The notes: a model not told the origin generated them from the letters alone. DNA of 64,000 nucleotides from Podarcis tiliguerta (GCA_965153285.1 OZ229110.1); one strand, 5' to 3'; positions 38,421-51,004 are shown, counted from the first letter of the stretch. Made by a program: numbers and translations.

Positions 38421-39871
38421 CTGGACTCAAGTGTGACTTGGCAGTCACCTAAAGTTGACTGATTTGTTCAGACAGTTGAGGGATTTGCCATGGCTCAGGA
38501 AAATTAGAGGCACACATGCAGAGTCGCTTCTAGCCTGCAAACAAGTTAAAACAGTTTTTCTTCGGGAGAATGAGTTTTCAGGTTTGCACATACTATTTTT
38601 CTCCCACCTTCTTCTCTCCAAAGAACTCAAGGTGAGGTACAGCAGGTGTTCGTGGTCCTCCCTTCCTGCTATTTATTCTCATAACAACTCAATGTGGTAG
38701 GCCAGGATGAGGGATAATGGGTTCTATCTGATTATGTCATACTGACAGTGGACACACTGCAATCAATGGAATTAAATTATTCTGAGTATGACTCAGTCGG
38801 ATACAAGCCAATGAATGACCCAAGGTCATCTAGTAGACTTCATGGCAGACCATGGATTTGAACTCTTCCAAGTCCAGTATGCTATAGTCACTATTTATCA
38901 GAATGTATTCTCAAAGCTTATGTGATACTTTTCATTAGCAAAAATATTGATGCAGTTCACAATACACAAAATCCATTAAAATCAAGTAAAACAAACAATT
39001 AAAATCAAGTGAAAACATTATTGCAATAACCACAGTAACTGGAACAACAAACTGGTGATTGTCAGGAAATGCCAGGGGAAAGAGACAGGTCTTCAACAGT
39101 TGGTGGAAACATCCCAGTTTTGGAACCCATCCACCCTGGAATGCATCCCACTGAGCAGATGCTACAATAGAAAAGGCCCTTCTCCAGACCCCAACCAACC
39201 AAACCTCAGTAACTCATGGTACTATCAGCCAATGCAACATCTGACTGAGGAGTTCATAACGTAGTTTGTAAGTCTGGGGTCAGATTGCTGCTTCAAGTGA
39301 CTATCAAATAACTCTAATGGGCCCATGGTTCTCAAAGTTCTCTTCCTCTGTACAATTGCTATTTTCACAACGACGATGACCACTATGTGAATCAAGCTAT
39401 TTGGCTGGTCCAGACTACCCATGGGCAGAACTGCACCTACGAGTCAAAGAATCTTCCAGGACAGCATGGACAGTTGTGCCATGACCTGCAAGGGGAACAG
39501 GCAAAAAGAGCTTCTTCCCTGCTTGCTTCCTCCAGCAGGAGCCTCTGCTGGATCTTGGCTCCTTCTACGAACAGAAGGAATCCTATCATTCACTAAAAGA
39601 CAACTTGGGATCCAACCTATTGTTGGGCCACTGCTGAGCTGGTTTATTTTATTTTATTTTTTATTTTATTTTTTACTTTTTTATTAGATTTATATACTGC
39701 CCTTCATCATAAGATCTCAGGGCAGTTCACAGAATAAAATACAGGATAAAAACATGAACATAAATAAAACAAAACAGCAAAACAATAAAATAGACCCTAT
39801 ATCCCAAGTCATTATGCCGTATCAAAATGCTTTCTGAAGTAGAAGACAAAGAAATGAAAAGAACCCATTAC

Positions 39872-39964
39872 CTGCCACTTCCACAATCTGGTGTCTAGCA
39901 ATGTCGTAGTATGGGTCATCCCATCGTAAGTGAGTGACAGGGTCAGGGGAGCCCTTGAAGTCAT
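39872..39964 (-). CDS. ARHGAP1: ARHGAP1 exon
   Basis: atgtag|...G|gtaatg; DDFKGSPDPVTHLRWDDPYYDIARHQIVEVA. Confidence 0.96.
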
Positions 39965-40738
39965 CTACATTTAAAAATAAAGGGGATGGGGTGAGAGGAA
40001 AATGCAGAGAACATAAAAACCAGCCCAGCTATACGAAGATACAAAAACACAGAGAAGGGATCAGGTATATCACAGAACCAGAAGGAACTGTGATGAATAG
40101 CATTAGTTTTGTGCAATTGTTCATTTTATGTTCAATACAAAACATTGCATGCATTCAGACCAATTGTGCTAGCTTATTTGTCAATATTTGCCTCAAATGT
40201 ATAAACACACTATAAGTGGAAAGTAATCCATGATCTAAAATTCTCCACTACAGAATTCCACATTCATCCACTAGAATAAACTATTTACACTGCACAGAGA
40301 GACAGATACTTCTCTGGCATATAAGGTCTGTAGCATTCCAAGCTCTCACCACCCCATTTAGATAAGATCTACATCCCAGTTTAGATACAGGGGCTAACTA
40401 GTACTTCTGCAGCATCTTAAAGAGGAAAGAGACGCAGACAGGCAAAGACCTCAGAGAGTGCTCCACTAGACTACCCTTGCCCCCACAGGGCTATACTGTA
40501 TACAACTATCATGCAAGAATGTAACACAAAAAGAACCTGCTGAACCCTGAATCTTGTTATTTTTCCACTTATTTATTATGTTATTAGTTATTTTGATATC
40601 ATTTGGATGCTGCCTATCCTGAAAGTCTGGATATAAATAAATCTAATAAATAAAAAGCTATTAAAGGTATATTTTAAGATTAGTGCTGCAGCATATAGAT
40701 GCCTTTCTAGTCACTTCATTGCTAGTAAAAGTACTCAC

Positions 40739-40871
40739 CTGACTTAGGAAAAACAGGCACTTCATCTGGTGGCCAGTTCTTATCATCCAGAGAGGCCAAT
40801 TTGAGCTGATTAAGGGATTCATTGGTATCCTCCAAACTCAGGTCTTCCTGTAGATCTGGGTATTGCTCCAT
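40739..40871 (-). CDS. ARHGAP1: ARHGAP1 first coding exon (exon extends 5' to 40895)
   Basis: ttttag|gagagc...aaacATG; MEQYPDLQEDLSLEDTNESLNQLKLASLDDKNWPPDEVPVFPKS; G|gtgagt. Confidence 0.95.
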
Positions 40872-41590
40872 GTTTTCCAAGCTTTAACTGCTCTCCTAAA
40901 AACCCCAGAAGGAAGAGCACAGGGTCAAGCAAGCAAATACATAGCAATCTTCAATATCATCTCCCAAAGCTGCTCCTTTATATATTGCCACAGATGTCTT
41001 GTCCAGAAGAACCTTTCCTCATATCAAAGGTGAGAGGGGGCTGGCTAGGGGAACACCACTGGCTGTACTCCATCCATTTCCCTCTCCTGTGCAAATACGG
41101 CCTGGTTGCTTTCTGTTTGTAGCATACAAGCCAAAATGGCAGGGAAATGCAACAGATTACACCAACCCCCTGCCTGACGCATTGATTCTAAAGGCTCCCA
41201 TTTCCTGCGCTCCATTGGCAGAGTTGGCAAATAGCCAAACAGCTTGCACAGCAAGGTGTTGCACTGGAAGGGTGCCCAAATACTCCTTGCCCCGCTGGCC
41301 TATCAAACCAATAACAGAGACACACATGAGGATTCTTCACAGTGTTACAAGCAGAACTGTGAGGGGGCAGATTCAACAATAGACAGGTTGTCCTTGAGTG
41401 ACGCATGTTGAAAAAGCAGCCAAAGAGTTCTGGGGTTTGAGAAGAACTCAGTCCCTAGTACTTTTGGACCTTCTCCATGAAGAAATGTCATTATTAGCTT
41501 GAGAAAGACAACAGTTTTAGAATTTTGGATGTTCACTAAACATTAATGGACTCCTGATTAGAGTCACCACCAAAGGAGGTACACCACTGG

Positions 41591-41643
41591 TCAATAAATA
41601 ACCGCATATATGAGATCAATAAATAACCGCATATATGAGATCA
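41591..41643. repeat. Perfect 25-bp tandem duplication
   Basis: tcaataaataaccgcatatatgaga x2 + tca. Confidence 0.95.
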
Positions 41644-43374
41644 CTAGAAAGGTTAATCATTGTTCTCAAGAGGTAGGACATGAACACAGTTCTATCATGA
41701 AACAAGAAGAAACAGAAAGCGCCTCTGAAAACAACCGGTCTAAAACATCAGCCCTCAAACAGAAGTTAAGTTACTGTGACCAAAGCTAATATCAGAGATC
41801 AATATTAGCATTTCAATAAATATATGGTCAGAGAAGGTCAAATGAATGTCACTCATGCTTCATTAAAGGAATCTCTGGACATTTCTCAAAAAATTCACCA
41901 GTGTTTGTCCAAATTCTGAGTGTTGAAGGGAGCTGCGATTTGCACAAGACCTCTTCCCTTCTCCTTCAATGCTTACACAATTATTTCATTGTCCTTATTT
42001 TCCAGATGGCTGTAAGCTTATTGCGCAGCAAGTCAAATCGCATTCCTGTAACCAGACAAAACACGACATATATGGGCAGATGATCTTCAAGGCAGATCAG
42101 GAAGTATTCAGGGCACAGCAGATCAGCAAAGTCAGCCTCAGCTATTCTTTGCTAGTCTCTCCAGGCTGGAGGAGATGCTTGACCTCAGTGGGGGTAAAGA
42201 GCAATACACTTTGCTCCTCTGAGCTATTAGCTAATGCTGTAACCATGCTTAAATTGCAGTCAACCATCTGCCCTTAGCAATATACCCAGTTTCTATGGAA
42301 ACTCTAACCAGCATTTGCCGTGACTCATTCGTTTTGAAACAACTCTAGTTCCAGCAACTTTCACAGTTATCTGAAATTGTCCAAAAAAACCCTACCCTGG
42401 CAGCAGGACGCAGACAGCCCCAAGCTTTCTTCTACCAAGGGATTCTGAATATTCTCAACTCGTGGTGCGCAACTGGATCACTGCAGTGTTGGGGGGGCTA
42501 CAGTTTTGCCAGATCTGCACTAACAAAGCACTTAAGAATAGGTTATGAGCTCTATGAGGCAGATATGCTACTGATATTCATTTTGGAAGGAGAATTTATT
42601 ATTTTTACATCCCATGTACAGAAAGAAGACTCTTGCTGAACATGGAAAACTGGTTGTTGAATGTAGACATTGCCAAACTAGTGGATGGGAAAGAATTTGG
42701 GAGTACTGGGTATTTGGGATTCTGCTGGACAAAACCCATGTGGTATTTGTTTATATAGCTTTATGGACGAATTTACATATACATTTTCCTCACTTGATGA
42801 CTTAGAACTGGGATCACCAATGTGGTTCCTGGGTGTGCACATACACCTACAGAAGTCTTCCCTGGAGCACCTTGCCCTGCTAAGTTAAGCTTTAAAAAAG
42901 GACTCCAATTGTAGCTAACACAACATGTGGTGTGCATGTGGATGAGGTGTGTGGCACTCTCAACAGTTTATCCAATTTATGTGTACACACAGGTCCAAAA
43001 AAAGTTTGGTATCACTCTACTGAGAAGCTTACTGAAATGACCACCACAGACCAAACACTATAGACAAATTTCATACCACCTAAAAAACTTGAGTGTTCAG
43101 TGGAGACTGATCCTACTTCTAGCAGAGAGTTAAGCATATCTTAATTCTTCCTATCATATCATGAAATAACTCCTCTTACTCTGGATCTTTCAGCTAGGTC
43201 TGTTCTCCATTTGGAGGCAGACGCAGTGAAAATATTTTTTGAAATCTCATTTTCCCTAGTGTCAGGTAGTGTTGTAGCTAAATATGCCTATTCATTTAAA
43301 AATCTGATCCAGATCTAAATGCTTTTACACAAAAGTCAGCAAAATGAAAGAGTTGCGCAAGACTCCACCAACTC

Positions 43375-44043
43375 ACAGTATTCAGCGTTCAGACTCAACC
43401 ATAATCTAGACTCCTTTAACATTCCATGCTCTAGGAATGGTGAACCTGTGACCCTTCGGATGTAGGATTACAGTTCCTATCATAGAATCATAGAATCATA
43501 GAGTTGGAAGAGACCACAAGGGCCATCAAGTCCAACCCCCTGCCAAGCAGGAAACATCATCAGAGCACTCCTGACATATGGTTGTCAAGCCTCTGCTTAA
43601 AGGCCTCCAAAGAAGGAGACTCCACCACACTCCTTGGCAGCAAATTCCACTGTCGAACGGCTTTTACTGTCAGGAAGTTCTTCCTAATGTTTAGGTGGAA
43701 TCTTCTTTCTTGTAGTTTGGATCCATTGCTCCGTGTCCGCTTCTCTGGAGCAGCAGAAAACAACCTTTCTCCCTCCTCTATGTGACATCCTTTTATATAT
43801 TTGAACATGGCTATCATATCACCCCTTAACCTCCTCTTCTCCGGGCTAAACATGCCCAGCTCCCTTAGCCGTTCCTCATAAGGCATCGTTTCCAGGCGAT
43901 GATCCCTGATCATTGGCAATGCTGGCTGGATAAGATGAAGATTAGAGTCCAACAACGTCTGAAAGGTCACAGGCTCACCATTCCTGAGGCATGAGATGTT
44001 AAAGGACTTTAGATTATGGTTGAATCTGACTGCTGAATATTGT
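43375..44043. repeat. Long inverted repeat (arms 43375-43463 and 43955-44043) enclosing MITE A + CR1
   Basis: Ungapped manual alignment, 74/89 identical. Confidence 0.92.
43479..43896 (-). mobile_element. Young 5'-truncated CR1 LINE inserted in a MITE
   Basis: Uninterrupted ORF2 end LETMPYEERLRELGMFS..KRRLRGDMIA...FKQRLDNHMSGVL*, 3'UTR and (ATTCTATG)n tail. Confidence 0.95.
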
Positions 44044-44479
44044 GTTGAAAATTCCACAGCCTAGCCATATAGACTTTGTGTTTCTACTTCATTTTTGCCC
44101 CATGTGACAAACATCACTGAGATCTGAACAACTTTAATGGGTTATTCAACCATGGGTTTACATTCAGGAATGTAAGATTGCCTGAGGAGTCTTTGACTTG
44201 CACATTCTCCTCCCCTTGACCATTACTGATTCCTGAAAATCAGTAACTGATTACAGAAAATCAGGACTGAAACTTAGCTGGCTTGCTTTTTCATCCAAAC
44301 TGGAAAACCATTATTTCCATTTGCCTGAAAATGATACTGCGTTCTCATAACACCAAATTATGGTTGGTGTTACATTTGAAGCACCCTAAGCTTCATATAC
44401 CATGGCCATTCATTTGTTGTATTATTTAGCAGTAGGCTTTTCTAATCTATGCTTCACTGAAATAGTTATCAAGAGTGGA

Positions 44480-45590
44480 TACCAGGGGGTGGGGAAAGAG
44501 AATGTGGTATTTCTAATTAGCTGCCGGTCCTTTCTGGATTCTATCCAGCAGAGCCAATCCCTTAGTTGACACTTATTCAAGGTCAAAGCAGAGCTCAGTT
44601 CTAGAAAACAATAATGATCTAAAACATCTTGACAAGCTGCTTTCCAGAGTTGGTTTTCAACCAATTCCATACAGCACAGTACAGGAAAACTCTCAATAGG
44701 CATAGTAGTATTTTTAAAAATATACTTAAACTATCCACTCTTGCCTTAATTGGTTCTTTATGAGGACGAGCTGCTGATATTCCTGTTTGTAAAGAGTATA
44801 GCTTGGGGGGGGGGGGACATTCTGCGCAATTTCCAAAACTTTAATGGAGTTGAATCAAAGCCACATATTTCAATGCTACAAAGAGGATTTGAATAATTGG
44901 TTTGTTACCAAATATTTTTATGGCAGGTTCAATCAGTTTCCCTCCCTTATTGTAAGAACTTCATCACTGCTGCTATGGTTTTTTGTGCTTTGGCTTTCAC
45001 TGCCTCCATATGGCACTTCCAAAAGAGGGTTTCACTAAAGAGTAGGCCCAGGTATGGTATCTAAATGAGCAAGTGTGTTCTGTAGCTTTCTGATCTAAGC
45101 ACCATTTATACCTAGGACCAGGGCATTTTTTAAAGTCAGAACTCACCAGAACTTGGTCCCACACCTTTCAGGTGGGCTTCATTGTCATTATAAGAACAAG
45201 GGAGCTGTTCATAGTGAGTTCTGGCACCTCTTTTTCTAAATAGCACTGCCTAGGACTGTGTTTGCCAAAAAGGATAATCTTGGTCTTAGAGTATTTTATG
45301 GATAGGCTTCCCAATTTATTGTATGTGCTGAACACCTCCAGGAGCTTTTTGAGACCCAATCAGGAATGAGAGAGGAGCACTAAATCATCTGCATACATCA
45401 AGATTGAGATTGTTCCTAATTACTGGAGAGGGGTGTTTGCATTGGCTCAATATGGCACCAAATCATTCATATAAATGTTAAAAGGAGTGGGAGCCATAAT
45501 GCAACCTTGCTTCACTCCTTGCAACATTCTAAAAGCATCAGTCACACCACCATTTAAACCTACTCTGACCCTCATTTATGTGTTGCTATA
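44480..45590 (-). mobile_element. Decayed non-LTR retrotransposon RT region (RTEX-like)
   Basis: GVKQGCIMAPTPFNIYMND...ISILMYADDLVLLS...SKTKIILF...YLGLLFSETLFWKCH, with stops. Confidence 0.8.
45119..45248. mobile_element. hAT MITE family B nested in the RT fossil
   Basis: CAGGGC...GCACTG ends; perfect 8-bp TSD cctaggac. Confidence 0.92.
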
Positions 45591-46999
45591 CAGCAAATCT
45601 CCACAGGGAAACTATTCCATAGATGCAGTGTTATAACAACTTGTTCCATACTTCCATAAACCAAATTTCCTTAAATGATAACTGGAAAAGGGATTTCTCT
45701 GAAGACATTAACTGCAAGAGAGGTTTTCAACTAGTCATAGTTTTAACAGCTGGTGAGTTAAGATTCCTGCTTTTAGGTCTTGGGAACATCACACCCTACT
45801 TCTTTCATATTATCAACAACCCTGCTGACTCAATATAGACGTGTCCACTACAGCTGTTTGGGCCTCCAGTGCTGCATTGATTGTGAAATCCACTTAATTT
45901 TATCCATATTTCAGTACGGTAAATAAAGGCAGCCATTATGTTTACCTAGCCAACACTGTTTTCAACCTCAAGGGGAGGGAGCAGAAGAGTTAAGCCAAGG
46001 TAGTCCCTCCCTCAGATCCCCCCTCCCCTCAGAAGCTACCAGCTTAAATCAAATAGGATACACTCACTGAACAACGCAATCTGCTGAACACCCAGAACTG
46101 AGTTAGGTGACAGAACTAAAAAGACACCACACCTTTCCGGTCAGATCATAAACCTGACTACTCAGCCAACCTTTTCCAGCTGCTGAGCTTACACTGAGAC
46201 TCTGGAAATGTTACACAAATTCAAGCATGGGGTGGGGGAGAATTGTGCCACATGTTTAACGCACATGCCTACCCTGCTTCCAGGATAATTCTGTCTATTT
46301 GCTTTAGGGATTTTACTGCAAGCTCAAAGGACATGAAACCATAGATGCATAGAATAATCTCAAACATTTCATTTAAACCAAAGAACTTTAAATTTGACTG
46401 TTTTTTGTTCAGCAGGAACAGCTGAACATCAAAGACTTCCAAGCAGGCTATATAATCCCTCTAATTTCTTTCACTCATTATCTCAAAGCAAAAATTTGTC
46501 ATGAAAGTGGGCATTCCTGTCATATTTCCTTCTTCAGAATGCTCTTCACAAGTCAGACATAATAATCCGATAAGTGGCTCCATCCATCCTAGTTCAATGC
46601 TCTGTTTATGGACATGCATGAACCAAAACACAATAAATAATGATTTCTCCTTAAACAAGTGCTATCACACCTCTGGTTTTACTGAGCCCCTACCACACCT
46701 CACACTTCCCACTCTTCTCCTTTACAGAACTATACAACTCCCCCTTTCTTTCCAGCTCAAATACGTAAACCACAAAGCCCTAGTGACAATCTTGTGATGG
46801 GCCACAAAGTCTTATGCAGTAGACTCAAGTATTTGTGGGGTTACATTTACCACAGAAGCATGATGTAAGAATCCTGATAAAAGCAGGATAAAGCAGTTTC
46901 TGTGAGGTGATTTATGCAAACTAGCAAAGCATACATTTAGAATTACCAGACTCAAACCCCCAAAGGGCTCCAGAAACTTTGAAAGTTTAAATTAAAATA

Positions 47000-47860
47000 G
47001 TTACATACCACCTCTTTAAAATATCAAAATGGAGTGCAACAAAATAATTCAGTGTAACAAAGCAATTCTATATACAATAGAAACAGTCCGATAAAAGAAA
47101 CATAACACAAACACAGGAACCGGGAACCATTCAAGTCATTGTATCAGAGGCCAGGGAAGCCTCAAATAAGGTAGCTGTGTTTTTAACAGCAGATGAAAGC
47201 TCACCACAGCAGGTGCATCTCACAGGCTGGAGGCCAAAAAGGAGAAGGCCCTCTTCCAGCTTAACATAAGTCTCTGTGGGCCACAGAATAAGTGACAGGG
47301 CCTTCTCTGAAGACCTTAGCGAGCAGACACATCTATATGGGAGAAGGCAGTCTCTCAAATAACCGTTTTCCCCTTAAGTTTAGGAATATGTAGGTATAAT
47401 GAAACCTTCAACTTCGCTCAGCGGCACAATTCCCTCAACACAGATATTATATGCTGCAGCTTCCAAACCAGCCTTAAGGCCAGTCCCACATGGACCAAAC
47501 TGCCATAATGCAGTCTTGAGCTTACCAATGCATGGGTCACTGTAGCTTGGCTGCACTGGTCCAAGGATGGTCACAGCTAGTGCAAGAGTACAAGGTGGCA
47601 AAAGTAACTTTTAGCCACTGAGGTCACTTGTACCCCCAGAAATAAAGAATGATCAAGGAGCACCCCCATATGACATTCCAGTTCCAGTAGAGGGAGTAGA
47701 ACCCTGGTCCAGAACAAGCAAACTCCCAAAATCCATGCACAGAGCTAGTCGCTTACAGGGCCTTGGTCTTAACAGGATTCACCCCCACTTCCTGTGCATA
47801 CCACATACTCATCCAGGGCTTGCACAGTCACACTTGATTCAGATGTAAGAGAAATGGAGT
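47000..47860 (-). mobile_element. L2 LINE 3' fragment, decayed
   Basis: LRDCLLPY...LRSSEKAL remnants and an L2-like 3'UTR. Confidence 0.65.
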
Positions 47861-47862
47861 AC

Positions 47863-47926
47863 CATGCTTGGCAGGGGGTTGGATTCGATGGCCCTTGTGG
47901 TCTCTTCCAACTCTATGATTCTATGA
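47863..47926 (+). mobile_element. CR1 3' tail
   Basis: gcttggcagggggttgga..gatggcccttgtggtctcttccaactctatgattctatga, nearly identical to the tail of the 43479 copy. Confidence 0.88.
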
Positions 47927-48784
47927 GCATATGCTTAACTACATGGTACAAATGGGGTCCCTAGTGGAACCCAACAGCTTCATACAGATGGCAGTGGAGA
48001 CATCACAATTCACTCCAGCACCCTTCTGCGTAACGGACAGGAGGCCAACACGCAGTCATCCGACACTACTCTGTGACAAGCCCCATTCAATAGAAATGGG
48101 GAGTTCTGGCACTATTTTTGTGGCGGGAAAGTCTTTATATGTTTGCTTTTAAGCAACCCACACCCCTTGACCTTACTACCCCAGCTTAACTCAGTTGCAA
48201 GTATTTCCCATATTGCAAGTATTCCCCCCCCCAAAAAAAAGTGTGCAATGTGCACAGGTGGCAATGGTTTGGGTGCTAAAATCAGTTCACTTTAAAGTAA
48301 ACGAATGTTTCCCATCTCTCCCCACCCCCGCCGCCTTTAAGCACCTGCACGCATGCGCACACTCCTAAAAGCCTCCCCAGTGTAGGCACCTCCACCTCCA
48401 GCACCAAAAAAGATCTTCAGGAAAGGACCGAGGGCGAGGGCTCCTTAACAACAAAGGCATGGGGGGGCCTTGGGTTGCTGAGGGAGCGGGGGGGGGGCGG
48501 CTTCCAAAATCTGACATAGATCTGAACCTGGCAGCCCTGAGAACGACGACACCCACGGAGATGGTGGGAGGGTCGAGACAGAAGCCCAGCCCAGAAGCCT
48601 GGCAGCGGCCCCTGCTTGACAACAGACCTCCCTCCTTCCCACCGAAAGTCACGCTGAGGCTGGAGTCGACGCATGCGCCCTCCCTCAACTTCGTCCCCAG
48701 CCCCCCGCTCCCCCCCCCAATAAGCAGGAGAATAAACCCAGAAGCAGCCCCGCCCCTCGAAGCGGCGCCTGGGCCTCCACTCAC

Positions 48785-48900
48785 TATTTATCTCATGAAG
48801 GTGTGCGCGGTGGGGGGAAGGGAAGAGATGCAGCCCCGACGACGCGCGCCCAGTACGGAGTTCCTGCGCTGCGCGCTCCCTGAGCGCTCCTCCGCTCGCC
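48785..48900 (-). other. ARHGAP1: Probable non-coding exon 1 of ARHGAP1 (5' limit approximate)
   Basis: Minus-strand donor ATA|gtgagtgg inside the CpG island; the first coding exon has an upstream acceptor, so a 5' exon is required. Confidence 0.55.
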
Positions 48901-49084
48901 AGCAGCCGCCACTCCCGCCTGTCAAACCCCCCTTTCACAAACATCCGCCTCCGAACCGGAAAAAGGACGAGTCTCCGTGGCAACGCGCTCCCGCCTCCTC
49001 TGGGAAAGGCCGGCGAGAGAAAAGGAAAAGCCGTCCGGGCGCAAACACGGCGCGCTGCGCGGAACGTTCCGCCCAGGAGCCGTT

Positions 49085-49106
49085 ATGGAGCAGAGCCCCG
49101 GCCAGA
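49085..49106 (+). CDS. ZNF408: ZNF408 coding exon 1
   Basis: gttATGG Kozak context; MEQSPGQ + A|gtgagg, phase 1 matches the next exon. Confidence 0.65.
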
Positions 49107-49216
49107 GTGAGGGCGAGCGGGTGTCTTTCGGGAGACGGGAGGGAGCGGAGAGCGCTTGCGGCCCCGCGTCCTTGACTGCTCTCACCGTCCCTTTCGTGTC
49201 TCTGCTTCCCTTTCAG

Positions 49217-49413
49217 GTCGGCCCCCGGACGCGCGCGGCGGCTGGTCCTGCTGCCCAGTGTGGAGCCTTCCTCGGGGCTTAGCCCTGGGCCCTTCCCTGT
49301 CCGCCGAGAGGGGCCTTGGGGTGTGGTGCGTGGGGAGCCCCTTGCAGCCGGGGGCGCTGCTGCTCCTGCTTGGTCCGGAGGAAGAGGAGCAGGAGGCGGG
49401 CGCCTGCCCGGCG
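49217..49413 (+). CDS. ZNF408: ZNF408 exon 2 (PR/SET-like N-part)
   Basis: tttcag|...GCG|gtgagc; ...[31 protein letters not shown]... Confidence 0.9.
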
Positions 49414-51004
49414 GTGAGCGATGGGCGGGCAAATTTGGGCCTCCAGTCAGATCCCTCAGGCCGGTGGGGGCGCCCTCTCGCGACCCCCTGCCCGGCCAAA
49501 CACATCTAGACGCCCGACCCTTCTCGGTTGCCAGGAGAAGGGATTCTGGCAGGCGCAGCTTGTACTATCCACCAGTTAAGAAAGCAGCTTGCTTGCCCAA
49601 TTTCTCTCTTCAAAGTGCAGCTGTCCTGGTCTTGGTGTTATCTAATCACTTTTGGGTGGCCAAAAATAGTTTTGATTGGTTTCTGGTATCCTTGACACCT
49701 GCGCATGGATGGGAGAAAGGGGATAGAAGGCATTTCCCCCTTCTCATAATGCTAGCGCTTCCCAGTAAGCTAACGAAACGGGGTAGAAAAGGAAGTACTG
49801 TACTTACACAGCTCATAATTAATATGCAGAATTCATTGTCACACTATATGGTGACCACTAGCTTAGGTGACATTAAAAGATGATTTTAAAAGTTCATAGG
49901 GAATAAATACCAATGGTTATTAGCCACAGTGTTTCAGCAGCCGAATGCCACTGAATACCATGACGGAGTGGGCTATTGCCCTCATACCAGACTTGTTAGA
50001 ATGCTGAGCTAGATGGACCTTTTGTCCAAACTAGCAAGGTTTTTCATGTTTCCTCTTTCTGTCTATAGAAGTCTGAACTGTAGTCACTTCATGTTACTTA
50101 GTTGTCCCATTGAGAATGTGCTTCAAAGGTGAAGTTTGTCTCTCCCTTCCTCATGAAGCAGTCATGTATCTGTTCCATCATGCACACAACTCAGCCCTCA
50201 CTTGGCATACCCCTGCTCATTGCATGGGTTGAAACTGACTGAATGTGGCATGATGTCTGCTTAGTTTATATTCCACTTTACTAGTAAGTACTCAAGACAA
50301 CTTACAGTCAGACACATTTTTATCCACTCAACAATTCTGTGAAGGAGCACTGAAAGTTATTGTTGCTCAAGGCCACTTACTCCTCTATTATTATCTGTGC
50401 AGTTTTAACATTTGGTCTCCTACATAGTCTAGCCACTACTGCGCACTACTTCCAGCTGCTTAAAAGGTCACTGCTGAGTGACCGCAACTGTGTAGGGAGA
50501 GTTGGTCATCTGTAGTATCAGGCCATCTAGCGAGTCAAGTATTTACTACAACTGAATGAAAATGGGGGGATAGTTTGTAGCTGCTGAAGCTCTATAGGCA
50601 AACAGTTCACCACATGGCTACATTTCCCCAAAGTGACTTTACAAGTAGTAGTATTACAAATAATAATCTAAGCTCATCCCATTTCTGACAACTCAGTTGA
50701 ACATGTGTTGAATTACAGTAGTTACCAATAATTCTTACTGTAGATCTGAGGGCTGAACATATAGTAGCAATCACTGTATCTTGGGATTATTTTTTTAATA
50801 GCTTAAAAAACATACTGCAGAGGGAGGATAATGGGATGGTGAAGCAGTGCGTAGGGAATATGATTAACTCTTTCCCCTTATTTCCATGATTGAAATCACA
50901 CAGTGCTTACTTCAGAGTAAGGAAGCGATCTTTACTCAGGCTAGCAGCAAGCACAGGTTCAGTCGTAAAGAGTTCAAGTTACAAGAGCAAGATAAGTGAT
51001 TCAG

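Larger units (their letters stand above)
22319..40871 (-). other. ARHGAP1: ARHGAP1 (Cdc42GAP/p50RhoGAP) gene, complete CDS, 435 aa, BCH/CRAL-TRIO + RhoGAP
   Basis: 12 coding exons total 1308 nt in one frame, MEQYPDLQEDL...RELFQSLEA*; all GT-AG; arginine-finger motif GIFRRS; syntenic between ATG13 and ZNF408. Confidence 0.98.
48330..49560. promoter_or_regulatory. CpG island / bidirectional promoter shared by ARHGAP1 and ZNF408
   Basis: Only GC- and CpG-rich stretch in the window; NRF1-like CGCATGCGC (~48350, ~48670), GC box, RFX X-box-like GTCTCCGTGGCAAC at 48971-48984, ETS-like CCGGAA at ~48956. Confidence 0.9.

Noticed and set aside
43560-44057. 165-aa ORF as a novel gene
   Set aside because: GTG-started chance fusion of flank/MITE sequence with a CR1 ORF2 tail
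48365-49883. Several 100-240 aa ORFs on both strands in the CpG island
   Set aside because: Low-complexity Pro/Arg/Gly products expected from high GC; only the ZNF408 exon segments show homology
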